DNA of 64,000 bases from Alphaproteobacteria bacterium (GCA_016776635.1 JADHSZ010000007.1:1066-65065), one strand, 5' to 3'. Positions 16,392-24,736 are shown, numbered from the stretch's first letter. The notes: generated by a model from the letters alone, not told the origin. A program made the numbers and translations.

Positions 16392-17401
16392 GGCCAATTC
16401 TCAGCCGGGCTGATTAACAGGCCCCCAGTAGCTGAAGTCCAAGACCAAAATTCAGGCGAAGCTTCAGGATCTCCTTCAATAGGTAACAGGATTACATGAA
16501 CTTTAACGCCTGATCGGGGCGCACTCTCCTGAATGGTTTGACGAAACAACATAACCCTACATGGGCCTGAAATATTGTTGCCCCTTCCAAGAAGAGAACT
16601 GCAGCTAGCAAATGGGTTAAGACTCCCATAACTAGATTCCCCTGATGTGGGCAGGCCATCCGTAATTACGTATAAATCTGTCGGGTTCAGGCCTGATACT
16701 TTTTGGAGTCCCTTTTGAAGGTTGGTTGTACCTTGTGGGACTAGGACCTCTACCTCCTGGAAAGCCTTAGCTATAGCCCTTGGGTTTCTATTATCTAGCC
16801 AGTCGGCGTTACCCAGTGTCTTTACCTTTTGATTAAAAGCTAGGATTGACACTTGGCCAGTCTGTGGAAGCCTTGCTAACAGCCAACGAACTATTTTCTT
16901 CGTTCGAATCCATTTTGGACCATTTTTTTTAATTCGTTCCGAACCGTTCTTTCTGCGGATGATTTCAATCAATTTCTCATCTGTCATTGATGCACTAGCA
17001 TCGATTAGTAGAGCAATTTTCCGCCCTTCGACTTTTAATCCCATAAGATAGTTCTCTTCACCAATTCGATCGTCACTAACGACATCTGAGGTCTGAGCGA
17101 TTGGTGTTTTTTTGATCAATTCTTTCAAGGCATCAAGGCGCGCCTGCTGCGCCGCAATCTGATTTTGGTCGTCAGAAACTCCTTTCTGAATTTTCTTGAG
17201 CATCGCCTGCAATATGGCAATACGTTCTTTTTCTTGATCCGTTAAGGCCTGCAAGCTTGAGATGCCTTCAGCTAATTGATGTTTCTGCAGCTCTAGGGAA
17301 TCCAATTCTGATTGCAAAAAATCAGTTTCTACCACCGGCGCCTCTTCATGCAGCTTAATCAGCATGAAGATAAGAATAACGGCCCCAAGCCCGCATGACA
17401 T
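16388..17401 (-). CDS. ExbD/TolR-like TM segment + coiled coil + vWA domain protein (paralogue). The true start is probably upstream of the listed ATG.
   Basis: vWA MIDAS DASASM ... GTTNL ... ITDGLP. A coiled-coil region is present. Homology to the paralogue continues upstream of the ATG (..RRHRKTEGFNLAFIDI-MSCGLGAVILIF..) in an open frame back to 17476 that has no ATG/GTG/TTG. Confidence 0.7.
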   Translation of the reverse strand: MSCGLGAVILIFMLIKLHEEAPVVETDFLQSELDSLELQKHQLAEGISSLQALTDQEKERIAILQAMLKKIQKGVSDDQNQIAAQQARLDALKELIKKTPIAQTSDVVSDDRIGEENYLMGLKVEGRKIALLIDASASMTDEKLIEIIRRKNGSERIKKNGPKWIRTKKIVRWLLARLPQTGQVSILAFNQKVKTLGNADWLDNRNPRAIAKAFQEVEVLVPQGTTNLQKGLQKVSGLNPTDLYVITDGLPTSGESSYGSLNPFASCSSLLGRGNNISGPCRVMLFRQTIQESAPRSGVKVHVILLPIEGDPEASPEFWSWTSATGGLLISPAENWP

Positions 17402-17459
17402 GATGTCAATAAATGCGAGATTAAAGCCCTCTGTTTTTCGGTGCCGTCTCAGCTCCCGC

Positions 17460-18215
17460 CTACTTGCTAATACGGTTTAGAAGGAACTTCTCACAATAGG
17501 ACTGGGTATCGACTACCAACCCATCCTGAAGCCTTTGGAGCTGATGTAGTAAAAACATCAAAAAAATACTGATCAACAAAGCGACAAAAGTTGAGTTAAA
17601 CGCAACACCTAGGCTGTCCGTCATGCCCGAAATATCACCCGCCAAGGCTTGGTCAGCTTGCGACAAGGCCTGCCCAATCCCTCGAACTGTCCCAATGAAA
17701 CCAATAGATGGAATGGCCCAAATTAGATATCGAATCATTGAGTTCTCAGCCTCTTGCTTAAGGGCCAACGCATTCATACTAGATTCGATGGCATCAGAGG
17801 TGTTCTGAACATCCCCAGTTATTGAAAACCGCCGCAAGCTAGCCATCAGGGCGGTAACAAGCGGGGTTTCTCTTATGTTTTCAGGTAGCTCACCTAAAGA
17901 AGTAAGGGCGCCTTCTAGGCTCGAGGAGTCTGCCGAAGATTCTTCAAGCAGGTCTACGGTGAAAAGATAGCGGTCTTTGAGAATCGCTAGACATTTACTG
18001 AGAATTAAGAAAACACCCCAGCCCATAAGGATGATGCAAATTTCCTGCTCATAATCTTTCAGAATCACGAACAGGTCTCGTGGAGAAGATTGCCCCGCTT
18101 CCTTAGCGGCTTCAATGAGAATGGCCGCCTCAGGCCTGACCAAGCCGATATAAGTTAGGTGGGTAATGGCAATGAAGAAAATAAGCGCCATAATGCTTTT
18201 AAGCATCTGTAACAT
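17460..18215 (-). CDS. MotA/TolQ/ExbB-family proton channel protein
   Basis: 251 aa with two N-terminal TM helices and a cytoplasmic loop. Family signature ..IRYLIWAIPSIGFIGTVRGIGQALSQA...SLGVAFNSTFVALLISIFLMFLLHQL. Confidence 0.85.
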   Translation of the reverse strand: MLQMLKSIMALIFFIAITHLTYIGLVRPEAAILIEAAKEAGQSSPRDLFVILKDYEQEICIILMGWGVFLILSKCLAILKDRYLFTVDLLEESSADSSSLEGALTSLGELPENIRETPLVTALMASLRRFSITGDVQNTSDAIESSMNALALKQEAENSMIRYLIWAIPSIGFIGTVRGIGQALSQADQALAGDISGMTDSLGVAFNSTFVALLISIFLMFLLHQLQRLQDGLVVDTQSYCEKFLLNRISK

Positions 18216-18216
18216 T

Positions 18217-18351
18217 TTATATATCCACGGGGAATGAAGCGGGGGCGTTTAAGCTGAGTGACGGTGTACTGGTTTGAGCAATAGCTAATTTTATAACCAC
18301 CCCACAAACCAAAATGAAAGCGGCAATAAACACTGCTTTTCTGTATGACAT
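18217..18351 (-). CDS. Possible 44-aa single-pass membrane/exported peptide filling the gap between the PEGA/FGE gene and the proton channel gene
   Basis: Below the track cutoff. My translation is MSYRKAVFIAAFILVCGVVIKLAIAQTSTPSLSLNAPASFPVDI. It starts 1 nt after the upstream stop and ends 1 nt before the MotA-like ATG. Confidence 0.45.
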   Translation of the reverse strand: MSYRKAVFIAAFILVCGVVIKLAIAQTSTPSLSLNAPASFPVDI

Positions 18352-18352
18352 T

Positions 18353-20386
18353 TCAATTTTTGGCATTGGTTCCTCCGTATAAATATCTTGCTATCCTAAA
18401 TCCAAGATCATCACGGCTTTCGGCCAAGCCCTCCCTAAAAGATGCGCGTAATTCAGTCAATGTCCCTGAGCGCCAGTTAGAACCTTTTAGAACATGAAGC
18501 CCCTCTCTTTTAGGGCCCAATGGGTCAACTTCGGCTTTTTTCCCATCGGGAGGCACTAACGAATAAAAGTCATGAACCCACTCACTGACATTCCCAACCA
18601 AATCGGAAAGCCCCGATTTCTCAGGATGAAAGCTCCCAACAGGGGCAATATCTGGAAAACCATCGTCGTAATTTGGCACATAAAACTGAACGAGCCCTTT
18701 GGCATTTTCATCAGCAATATTGCCTGTCATTGGAGGGAGCGTCGTATCATCTCCCCACGAAAATCTAGTTTGCGTAGAACGTAACGCTTTGCGGCTAAGC
18801 CATTCCCACTCTGCTTCCGTCAGCAATCGATAGCCGTCAGATGTGGGGTTAAACCCTCGAAGCTTGTTACTAGCGATAACATAAAATGGCCTCAGGCCTT
18901 CCTTAGAGCTAAGCCAATTGCAAAAGGAAATCGCTTCCAACCAACTTATAGAGGTTACAGGAATATTTGGAGTAGATGCCAATGGTGCTGTCTTTTTAAA
19001 TTTTGAAAATTGTTCCTGTGTCACCTCAAATTTGCCAGCATAGAAGGGCTTTTCTAGTACGATATTTCTTAGAAACTCATTCGCTCGTTGCCCTGGTTCC
19101 CCCCGCGGCGCGCCCATTAAAAACTTTGTTGGAAAAAACAACTTTAATTCCACTCCTACCGAATTTTTGTACTCCTTAGGTGCCTCAGCTAGTCGGGCCT
19201 GTAATTCACTTTGTAAAGATACCGTGATTTGTTGAGCCATTTTAGGAGACGGCGTGACTTTTTTTTTGACCGCACGATAGCCTGGCTTCTTAATTTCGAC
19301 ATCATGCTGGATTGCCATCAGTTCGAGAATAATCGGCGTCTCTCCAACTATCGCGCCATCAATGTAAACATTGGCTTTCGGTTGGGATTGAATGTTGACC
19401 TTTCCAAGTTCTGGCTTGAGCTGAAAAGATAAGTTTCTCTCTTGATCTGGCTTTAGAGAAATTTTCTGAGTTTCAGAAAGAAAACCATTCTTGGAATAGT
19501 ACAAGGTGTTGGTTTTTGTGGACGGGACAGCCAACCTTTTTTGGCGCCATTTAGAGGACTCTATTTTCTTTCCGTTTAGGAAAAAATCGCCGCCTGGTGG
19601 ATCAAGTGTAATTTTTAAGAATGCAGTTTTCAGAGATAGTTTGTAATTTCGGCTGATCTCAGATTGCTCATTAGTGATTTCGATCGCATCAGAAGCAGCC
19701 ACATAATTAGGGTGGGTAATTTCCACCTGATAGAGCCCTCCATTTTTCTCAATCTGAAGGGGCGTTGATCCAACCTCTACGCCATTTAAATTCACCGTAG
19801 CTCCGTCAGGCTCAGAGTCGATGTTTAGACTCCCCACTGCAGGCACTAAGTTCACCCGCAATTTTTTTTCCTCCTGACGCTGAATATGAATTTCGTGTTT
19901 TTGCTTTTGAAAATGAGGGTTATTGATTTCTAAATTGTAGCTTCCTGACTCTAGTTCACTATCAAATTCCTTGGCTGTGGCCACATGCTGACTATTAACG
20001 AACCAAAGAGTTTGATCGCTATCGGTATTTGTTTGAATTATTAACCGCCCCGGGATCTCCTCCAAAATTACACTGACTTTGCCCCCAATTTCATATGGAG
20101 GGATTGTTCTTTTCTCAGTCCTATACCCCTTAGCCGAGACAACAATTTCCGGATTACTGGTTAATGAATAAACCTTGTTCCCCACAGTGAAGCCCAACCC
20201 AGTTTGTAGGCGTACTGTTGAGGAAGAGGCGGCTTCTGCGGGCAACACTTCAATTGAAGTGCCCTCCATGATGCCCAACAAGGCAAATAGGAATAAAAAA
20301 GACCCGAAAAGACCAATCGCAAAGAGCAGGTACAGTCGCTTCTGTCTGGCCGCAGCAATTTTTAGATCAAGATTAGAGTTGTTCAT
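18353..20386 (-). CDS. Membrane-anchored protein with PEGA repeats and a C-terminal FGE-sulfatase (SUMF1) fold domain
   Basis: N-terminal TM LYLLFAIGLFGSFLFLFALLGIM. PEGA-like repeats (LNIDSEPDGATVNLNGVEVGSTPLQIE; VNIQSQPKANVYIDGAIVGETPIILE). FGE fold motifs SWLEAISFCNW, GYRLLTEAEWEW, GNVSEWVHDFY, VLKGSNWRSG, GFRIARY. First ATG at 20386; the track start 20422 is TTG. Confidence 0.8.
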   Translation of the reverse strand: MNNSNLDLKIAAARQKRLYLLFAIGLFGSFLFLFALLGIMEGTSIEVLPAEAASSSTVRLQTGLGFTVGNKVYSLTSNPEIVVSAKGYRTEKRTIPPYEIGGKVSVILEEIPGRLIIQTNTDSDQTLWFVNSQHVATAKEFDSELESGSYNLEINNPHFQKQKHEIHIQRQEEKKLRVNLVPAVGSLNIDSEPDGATVNLNGVEVGSTPLQIEKNGGLYQVEITHPNYVAASDAIEITNEQSEISRNYKLSLKTAFLKITLDPPGGDFFLNGKKIESSKWRQKRLAVPSTKTNTLYYSKNGFLSETQKISLKPDQERNLSFQLKPELGKVNIQSQPKANVYIDGAIVGETPIILELMAIQHDVEIKKPGYRAVKKKVTPSPKMAQQITVSLQSELQARLAEAPKEYKNSVGVELKLFFPTKFLMGAPRGEPGQRANEFLRNIVLEKPFYAGKFEVTQEQFSKFKKTAPLASTPNIPVTSISWLEAISFCNWLSSKEGLRPFYVIASNKLRGFNPTSDGYRLLTEAEWEWLSRKALRSTQTRFSWGDDTTLPPMTGNIADENAKGLVQFYVPNYDDGFPDIAPVGSFHPEKSGLSDLVGNVSEWVHDFYSLVPPDGKKAEVDPLGPKREGLHVLKGSNWRSGTLTELRASFREGLAESRDDLGFRIARYLYGGTNAKN

Positions 20387-21818
20387 CGCAAACGAGTTCG
20401 ACGTAAATACGTTCTTGGTCAATTGGAATTTTGACCTTCATCAGTTTGGCCTTAAACCCAGGCCTAATACCCTCAAATATGTAGGTTCCCGGTTTTAATA
20501 GAATAACCTTCTCTTTAACCAGCCCCACCCTGCCAACACCCCTAACAAGAATACTAGTTTGGCTATCAGATCGGATGGTTACATTTGCATCTATCTCAAA
20601 CTTACTAATCAAGGTTTTGAGTTCTGAGGCTAGTGATTTTAAAGCTATGCTTTTTTGGGAAAGCTTTCCCGCTTGGGCAAGGGTCTGTAAGGCCAAAGTC
20701 TCTACGTTGTCGGAAGCCAGCCTATGCGGGTTATGCAGATAGCTAGATATTTCTTGCGTTAAAGAAATAATCTCTACCGCTAACTGTAGGCCTTCCTGGA
20801 TGTCTTGATTGTTTGGGTAGGCTTTGGCAGCGCCAGAGTAAACTTTATGTGCGGTTACCCAATCATCAATCAAAATTGCCGCATGGGCGTTATCAATTGC
20901 CTGCTCCAATTGTATCTCCTTCCCCAAGGCATCAATTTTATTTTTTAAAACGCTAATTTCTTGTCTTTTAGGGAAAATTTTAGCGGCTTGGCTCAAGCTT
21001 GTTTGGGCTTCTTTTAATTTACGGTGCTCGACATAAGCCAACCCATTTTCGACGAACTGGCTGAAGTTATTTTCATCAATTTTATTTTTTAGAGATTGGA
21101 GGATTGGGGTTAATTCTGTGCGTTTTGGATCAATCTGAAGAATCTCATTTAGCACAGTATATTCTTTTTTGATGTCATTTTCTGCCCGAGCGATTTTGGC
21201 CTTCTCCAAGAGAGGCAAAATCTGAGGCAAAATTGAAATTCTCTGTTGAAGCTCTAAGGCTACTGGGTCATCAGCTTTGATCGCTAATGCTTTGTTTATG
21301 TGAAAATTTGATTTTTTATAATTGTTCTGTCGAAAAAACTCAGCCGCACTAGAAATAGCTGATTCAAAAATCGAATCTTTTTCCTCCAGTGCAGCCTCAG
21401 CCAAATCCCTTGCTTGCTGTAGTTCAGCAATCGCCATCTTATAATCTCCCACATTGAAAGATGAGATTGCACGATTCTTTAGGACAATAATTTGGTTAAA
21501 TTTCTCAGGGCTCCACTGGGACAGATCGGCGCCAGAAATTTTAGACTCAAGTTGAGAATCAAACTCCTTAATCCCCTCCTTAAATAAGGCGAGGTCATTC
21601 GTTGGGTCATAAATGGTCGGTTCTGCCTCCGGCTTTTGTGAGGAAGGCGAGACAGGTAAGGCAAGCAACGGCTTTGATGGCTGTTCGCTGTCCCGTAAGG
21701 GGTGCAACACACTAAAAAATAACAAAGACAGACTGATCACGCTGATGAAAACCAGTATGACAATTGTGCGTTGTCGAGAATTTTCCTTATATGCGTGCTT
21801 GAGCTTTTCTTCGAGCAT
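20373..21818 (-). CDS. Membrane-anchored TPR-repeat protein with a C-terminal beta-sandwich-like domain
   Basis: N-terminal TM TIVILVFISVISLSLLFFSV. Several TPR-like units (..GDYKMAIAELQQARDLA.., ..NNYKKSNFHINKALAIKADDP.., ..KLKEAQTSLSQAAKIFPKR.., ..DWVTAHKVYSGAAKAYPNN..). Confidence 0.7.
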   Translation of the reverse strand: MLEEKLKHAYKENSRQRTIVILVFISVISLSLLFFSVLHPLRDSEQPSKPLLALPVSPSSQKPEAEPTIYDPTNDLALFKEGIKEFDSQLESKISGADLSQWSPEKFNQIIVLKNRAISSFNVGDYKMAIAELQQARDLAEAALEEKDSIFESAISSAAEFFRQNNYKKSNFHINKALAIKADDPVALELQQRISILPQILPLLEKAKIARAENDIKKEYTVLNEILQIDPKRTELTPILQSLKNKIDENNFSQFVENGLAYVEHRKLKEAQTSLSQAAKIFPKRQEISVLKNKIDALGKEIQLEQAIDNAHAAILIDDWVTAHKVYSGAAKAYPNNQDIQEGLQLAVEIISLTQEISSYLHNPHRLASDNVETLALQTLAQAGKLSQKSIALKSLASELKTLISKFEIDANVTIRSDSQTSILVRGVGRVGLVKEKVILLKPGTYIFEGIRPGFKAKLMKVKIPIDQERIYVELVCDEQL

Positions 21819-21835
21819 TCTTCACACAGATCTTC

Positions 21836-23089
21836 TCACAGAAGCACGTCTGGTGTCGCCTCTTGAGCATAAATCTGTTTTAGAAATGCTCGCCACTGTG
21901 CAAATTGTTCCTTGGCCGTGCCAGTCAGCTCAACGGTCTTCTTCTCAAACTCAATAACCTGAGGGGCGAGTTCTACATCAACAGACTTTCCAAGCTCCGC
22001 GAGAGCGTCACGATGAACCTTAGCTTCCTCACTAGTCTGAAAACTACTACTCAACACGGATGCTCCAGCAGCGCCTGCAACAGTGGCCCCTGCCATCCCT
22101 AAGGAGGCATCGTTTGGATTGTCTGATTGTGCGCCGGCTACTGCTGCCGCTACGGCAAGAGCAATAAGAAGAACCCCGACAATAGCTTCACCCGCAGCTT
22201 TTGCGTTTGCCTCACCTTCAGCTTTCATCTCTTGGAAGCTTTGCTCTTGCCACATTTTATAACTGTCATCCATTTTTTGACTAAAGGCTTCATAGTCTGT
22301 CTGCAGTCGGTCCACAAACAGCTGGTCTCTTACTCGTATGGCTTTCACACGGGTTAGCATTAAGTCACCATCACTGGGATAACTGACTAAAGAAATACGA
22401 CCGTCTTCATTTTTCATGTGCTGAGCAAAAGCATCTTCGGAGAAGCTGGCCCCAAAACGTAAATCTGTGAGTTTCGCCAATTGATTCAATTGCTTTGAAT
22501 CATAATCGCTGAGCTCTTCAACTATGTAAGCTGCAGCTGAGTCAAACATGGGGTCATATGGGTCTGTCCCCTGATTTCTAACGTTGTTGTAAAATTCCTC
22601 TTCAACGGTGTGATCGAATGATTTGCTTAGCCAACGCTGGCCTGAAATGTCTACAACATCCAACCCCATTTCCACGTCTTCACCGTTGGATTCAATAATT
22701 TTTCCTAGAATGTACAGGTCCCCCGTTGCGGATTTGTCTGGAGTTACCCTTACTGCACCAAATGCCCCTGTTTTTTCCAAAGCCACTTTCAATTTATATG
22801 CGAATCGATTTGCTTCAGCCCGCCTCAATTCAGGCCAAACTCTTTCTTCCTCATAATCTTTTGGGTCTTCAGGCAGTCCTGGGTCAAAAGTCGGAATAAT
22901 GACTTCAAGTTTGGGCTTTAATTCTGCAAGTTCCTCGCCCTCATCTCCCTCATAAGAAGAGGATGTAGCAGGACCAATATTTAATGCCTTAAAAAAGGCA
23001 CTGTCAGTAGCACAGCTTGATAAAAAGAAAGTGCAGCTAACAACAAGCACAACTGTTTTTTTAAAAAACACCCTGATCCCCAAAGCCAT
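21836..23089 (-). CDS. Lipoprotein with a C-terminal hydrophobic segment, function unknown
   Basis: Lipobox FFLSSC after a hydrophobic N-terminus. A late hydrophobic stretch AIVGVLLIALAVAAAVAGA. 417 aa. Confidence 0.6.
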   Translation of the reverse strand: MALGIRVFFKKTVVLVVSCTFFLSSCATDSAFFKALNIGPATSSSYEGDEGEELAELKPKLEVIIPTFDPGLPEDPKDYEEERVWPELRRAEANRFAYKLKVALEKTGAFGAVRVTPDKSATGDLYILGKIIESNGEDVEMGLDVVDISGQRWLSKSFDHTVEEEFYNNVRNQGTDPYDPMFDSAAAYIVEELSDYDSKQLNQLAKLTDLRFGASFSEDAFAQHMKNEDGRISLVSYPSDGDLMLTRVKAIRVRDQLFVDRLQTDYEAFSQKMDDSYKMWQEQSFQEMKAEGEANAKAAGEAIVGVLLIALAVAAAVAGAQSDNPNDASLGMAGATVAGAAGASVLSSSFQTSEEAKVHRDALAELGKSVDVELAPQVIEFEKKTVELTGTAKEQFAQWRAFLKQIYAQEATPDVLL

Positions 23090-23103
23090 GCTGGCTTTCC
23101 TAC

Positions 23104-23760
23104 CTATTCGTCAACTGGCAAGCCTTTATATTTTCGATACTCATTCCAAAGTTTTTCTTTTGTAGCTGGGTTTTTTTCGTTTATCGCAGCGTGACGAATC
23201 TGCGCCTCCAACACACTATCATTATCTGACGGAGGAATATCGTCTGGCAATTTTCCATTACCACCAGAATTTTCACCCGCCAAAGACAGGCTATTCTGTG
23301 ACAACACATCTCCCTGTTGGCCATCAGATAGTTCTGCTGACTCGCTGCCCTCAACACTAGTTACATTTTGATCTTGGGAACTTTCTGTTCCAGATAGCTC
23401 TGAACTGGCAACAGACCCGCCACCACCTAAAGCCCCGCCACCACCTGAAGATCCCCCAGTGCCTGAAGATCCCCCAGTGCCTGAAGCACCTCCAGCGCTG
23501 TTTTGAGTTGATTGCGCATGCTGACAAGCATCAAATTTACTCAAGGAATCAAAAAATGCCTCGTCCATACGAGTAATTTTTTCTTCTTTTGTGAGAGATG
23601 CATCATCCACAAATTCGACGCTGATCTCGGTACAATCAGCAGTCAAGCTAAGGCTCTCCCCATCTTGGGGTTGCTTAACAGTTTGTGCTCTAATCTCATC
23701 CGGCATAGCAAAACAGCTAACGCCATATAACAGTATGATGAAAAATCTCTGGAAAAACAT
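23104..23760 (-). CDS. Secreted Gly/Ser-rich acidic protein; first gene of the operon
   Basis: Signal-like MFFQRFFIILLYGVSCFA. Low-complexity core GGASGTGGSSGTGGSSGGGGALGGGG encoded by an 18-bp tandem repeat. 218 aa. Confidence 0.55.
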   Translation of the reverse strand: MFFQRFFIILLYGVSCFAMPDEIRAQTVKQPQDGESLSLTADCTEISVEFVDDASLTKEEKITRMDEAFFDSLSKFDACQHAQSTQNSAGGASGTGGSSGTGGSSGGGGALGGGGSVASSELSGTESSQDQNVTSVEGSESAELSDGQQGDVLSQNSLSLAGENSGGNGKLPDDIPPSDNDSVLEAQIRHAAINEKNPATKEKLWNEYRKYKGLPVDE

Positions 23761-23793
23761 ATGACCCCCAGAAGGATTTTCGCTCGACTCTGG

Positions 23794-23809
23794 GCTATCT
23801 AATGATAGC
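23794..23809. promoter_or_regulatory. 16-bp palindrome in the divergent promoter region
   Basis: GCTATC-TAAT-GATAGC, 34 nt upstream of the ATG at 23760 and ~145 nt upstream of the divergent YHYH gene. Confidence 0.3.
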
Positions 23810-23954
23810 TCAATTGGTTGCTAAGCCGCTGCCTGATACTTTCAGACAAGCTTATTACAGCCATGTTAGAATACAGCCATACATTGTAAACTATTTGCTT
23901 GCTACATCAATAATTTAAGAATCAGAACCGGTACTCTATTTTTGGCTGTGCCTA

Positions 23955-24275
23955 ATGAAATGGCTACTTGCAATCATGCTTCTCACCATTCCGCTTACCG
24001 CCCATGCTCATGGCGGCGGACTAGACGGCCTCGGCTGCCACCACAATCGCAAGCAAGGCGGCTATCACTGTCACAGAGGAGAATTGTCCGGGCAAAGCTT
24101 CTCCTCAAAGCAAGATGCCCTTAACGCGCTTCCTGGATCTTCAGCAGAGAGCGTGGATCCGCCAAAATCACAACCCCGCCAGTGTTGTAAGGTATGTAAA
24201 AAGGGGAAGCCCTGCGGGAATAGTTGCATTTCAAGAGCCAAAATCTGCCACAAGTTACCAGGCTGCGCATGTTGA
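23955..24275 (+). CDS. Secreted YHYH-domain protein with a Cys-rich tail
   Basis: Signal MKWLLAIMLLTIPLTAHA. HGGGLDGLGCHHNRKQGGYHCH is the YHYH motif. The tail is CCKVCKKGKPCGNSCISRAKICHKLPGCAC. Confidence 0.7.
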   Translation: MKWLLAIMLLTIPLTAHAHGGGLDGLGCHHNRKQGGYHCHRGELSGQSFSSKQDALNALPGSSAESVDPPKSQPRQCCKVCKKGKPCGNSCISRAKICHKLPGCAC

Positions 24276-24736
24276 TATATAGAGCCGTTATTCTTTCTTT
24301 AATGCTCATAGCTTTCAGCGTTCCTGTTTATGCTGACGTAACCGGCAAGCCTCGAATAATTGACGGAGATACCATTGAAGTGGCTGGCCAGCGTATCAGG
24401 CTGCATGGAATTGATGCTCCCGAATGGGGCCAGACTTGCGCCAGGGGAGACGAGGAATATTCCTGTGGACAGGCAGCAACCGAAGCCCTCAAGGAGATGG
24501 TGGCCGACAGAAAGATAAATTGCCAAGGTAAGGACGTGGACCGTTATAGACGAATTGTGGCGGTGTGCTTCGTCGGCGAGACTGACATCAACGCTCGCAT
24601 GGTTGAGCAGGGCTGGGCGCTGGCCTATCGTCAGTATTCAAGTGACTACGTGGGACAGGAAGAAGCCGCCAAGGCTTCACGGGCCGGGATGTGGGCTGGG
24701 AAGTTTGTGAAGCCGTGGGAGTGGCGGCAAAAATGA
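24269..24736 (+). CDS. Secreted thermonuclease (staphylococcal nuclease, SNase fold)
   Basis: Signal MLIYRAVILSLMLIAFSVPVYA. ..IIDGDTIEVAGQRIRLHGIDAPE.. and ..RYRRIVAVC..DINARMVEQGWALAY are SNase hallmarks. The ATG at 24269 overlaps the YHYH stop by 7 nt. Confidence 0.8.
   Translation: MLIYRAVILSLMLIAFSVPVYADVTGKPRIIDGDTIEVAGQRIRLHGIDAPEWGQTCARGDEEYSCGQAATEALKEMVADRKINCQGKDVDRYRRIVAVCFVGETDINARMVEQGWALAYRQYSSDYVGQEEAAKASRAGMWAGKFVKPWEWRQK

Noticed and set aside
20387-20422. TTG start at 20422 for the PEGA/FGE gene
   Set aside because: It would overlap the TPR gene by 50 nt. The first ATG (20386) gives a 14-nt overlap and retains the TM helix. The TTG start cannot be excluded.
15447-23760. 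Calling the motor operon a Zorya, Ton/Tol or Bat (aerotolerance) system
   Set aside because: - **Zorya:** there is no ZorA-type long tail, and no ZorC/D-like helicase or nuclease.
- **Ton/Tol:** there is no TonB/TolA-like Pro-rich protein or TolB/Pal.
- **Bat:** there is no MoxR ATPase or DUF58 protein.
Only individual domains are shared, so no known label fits.
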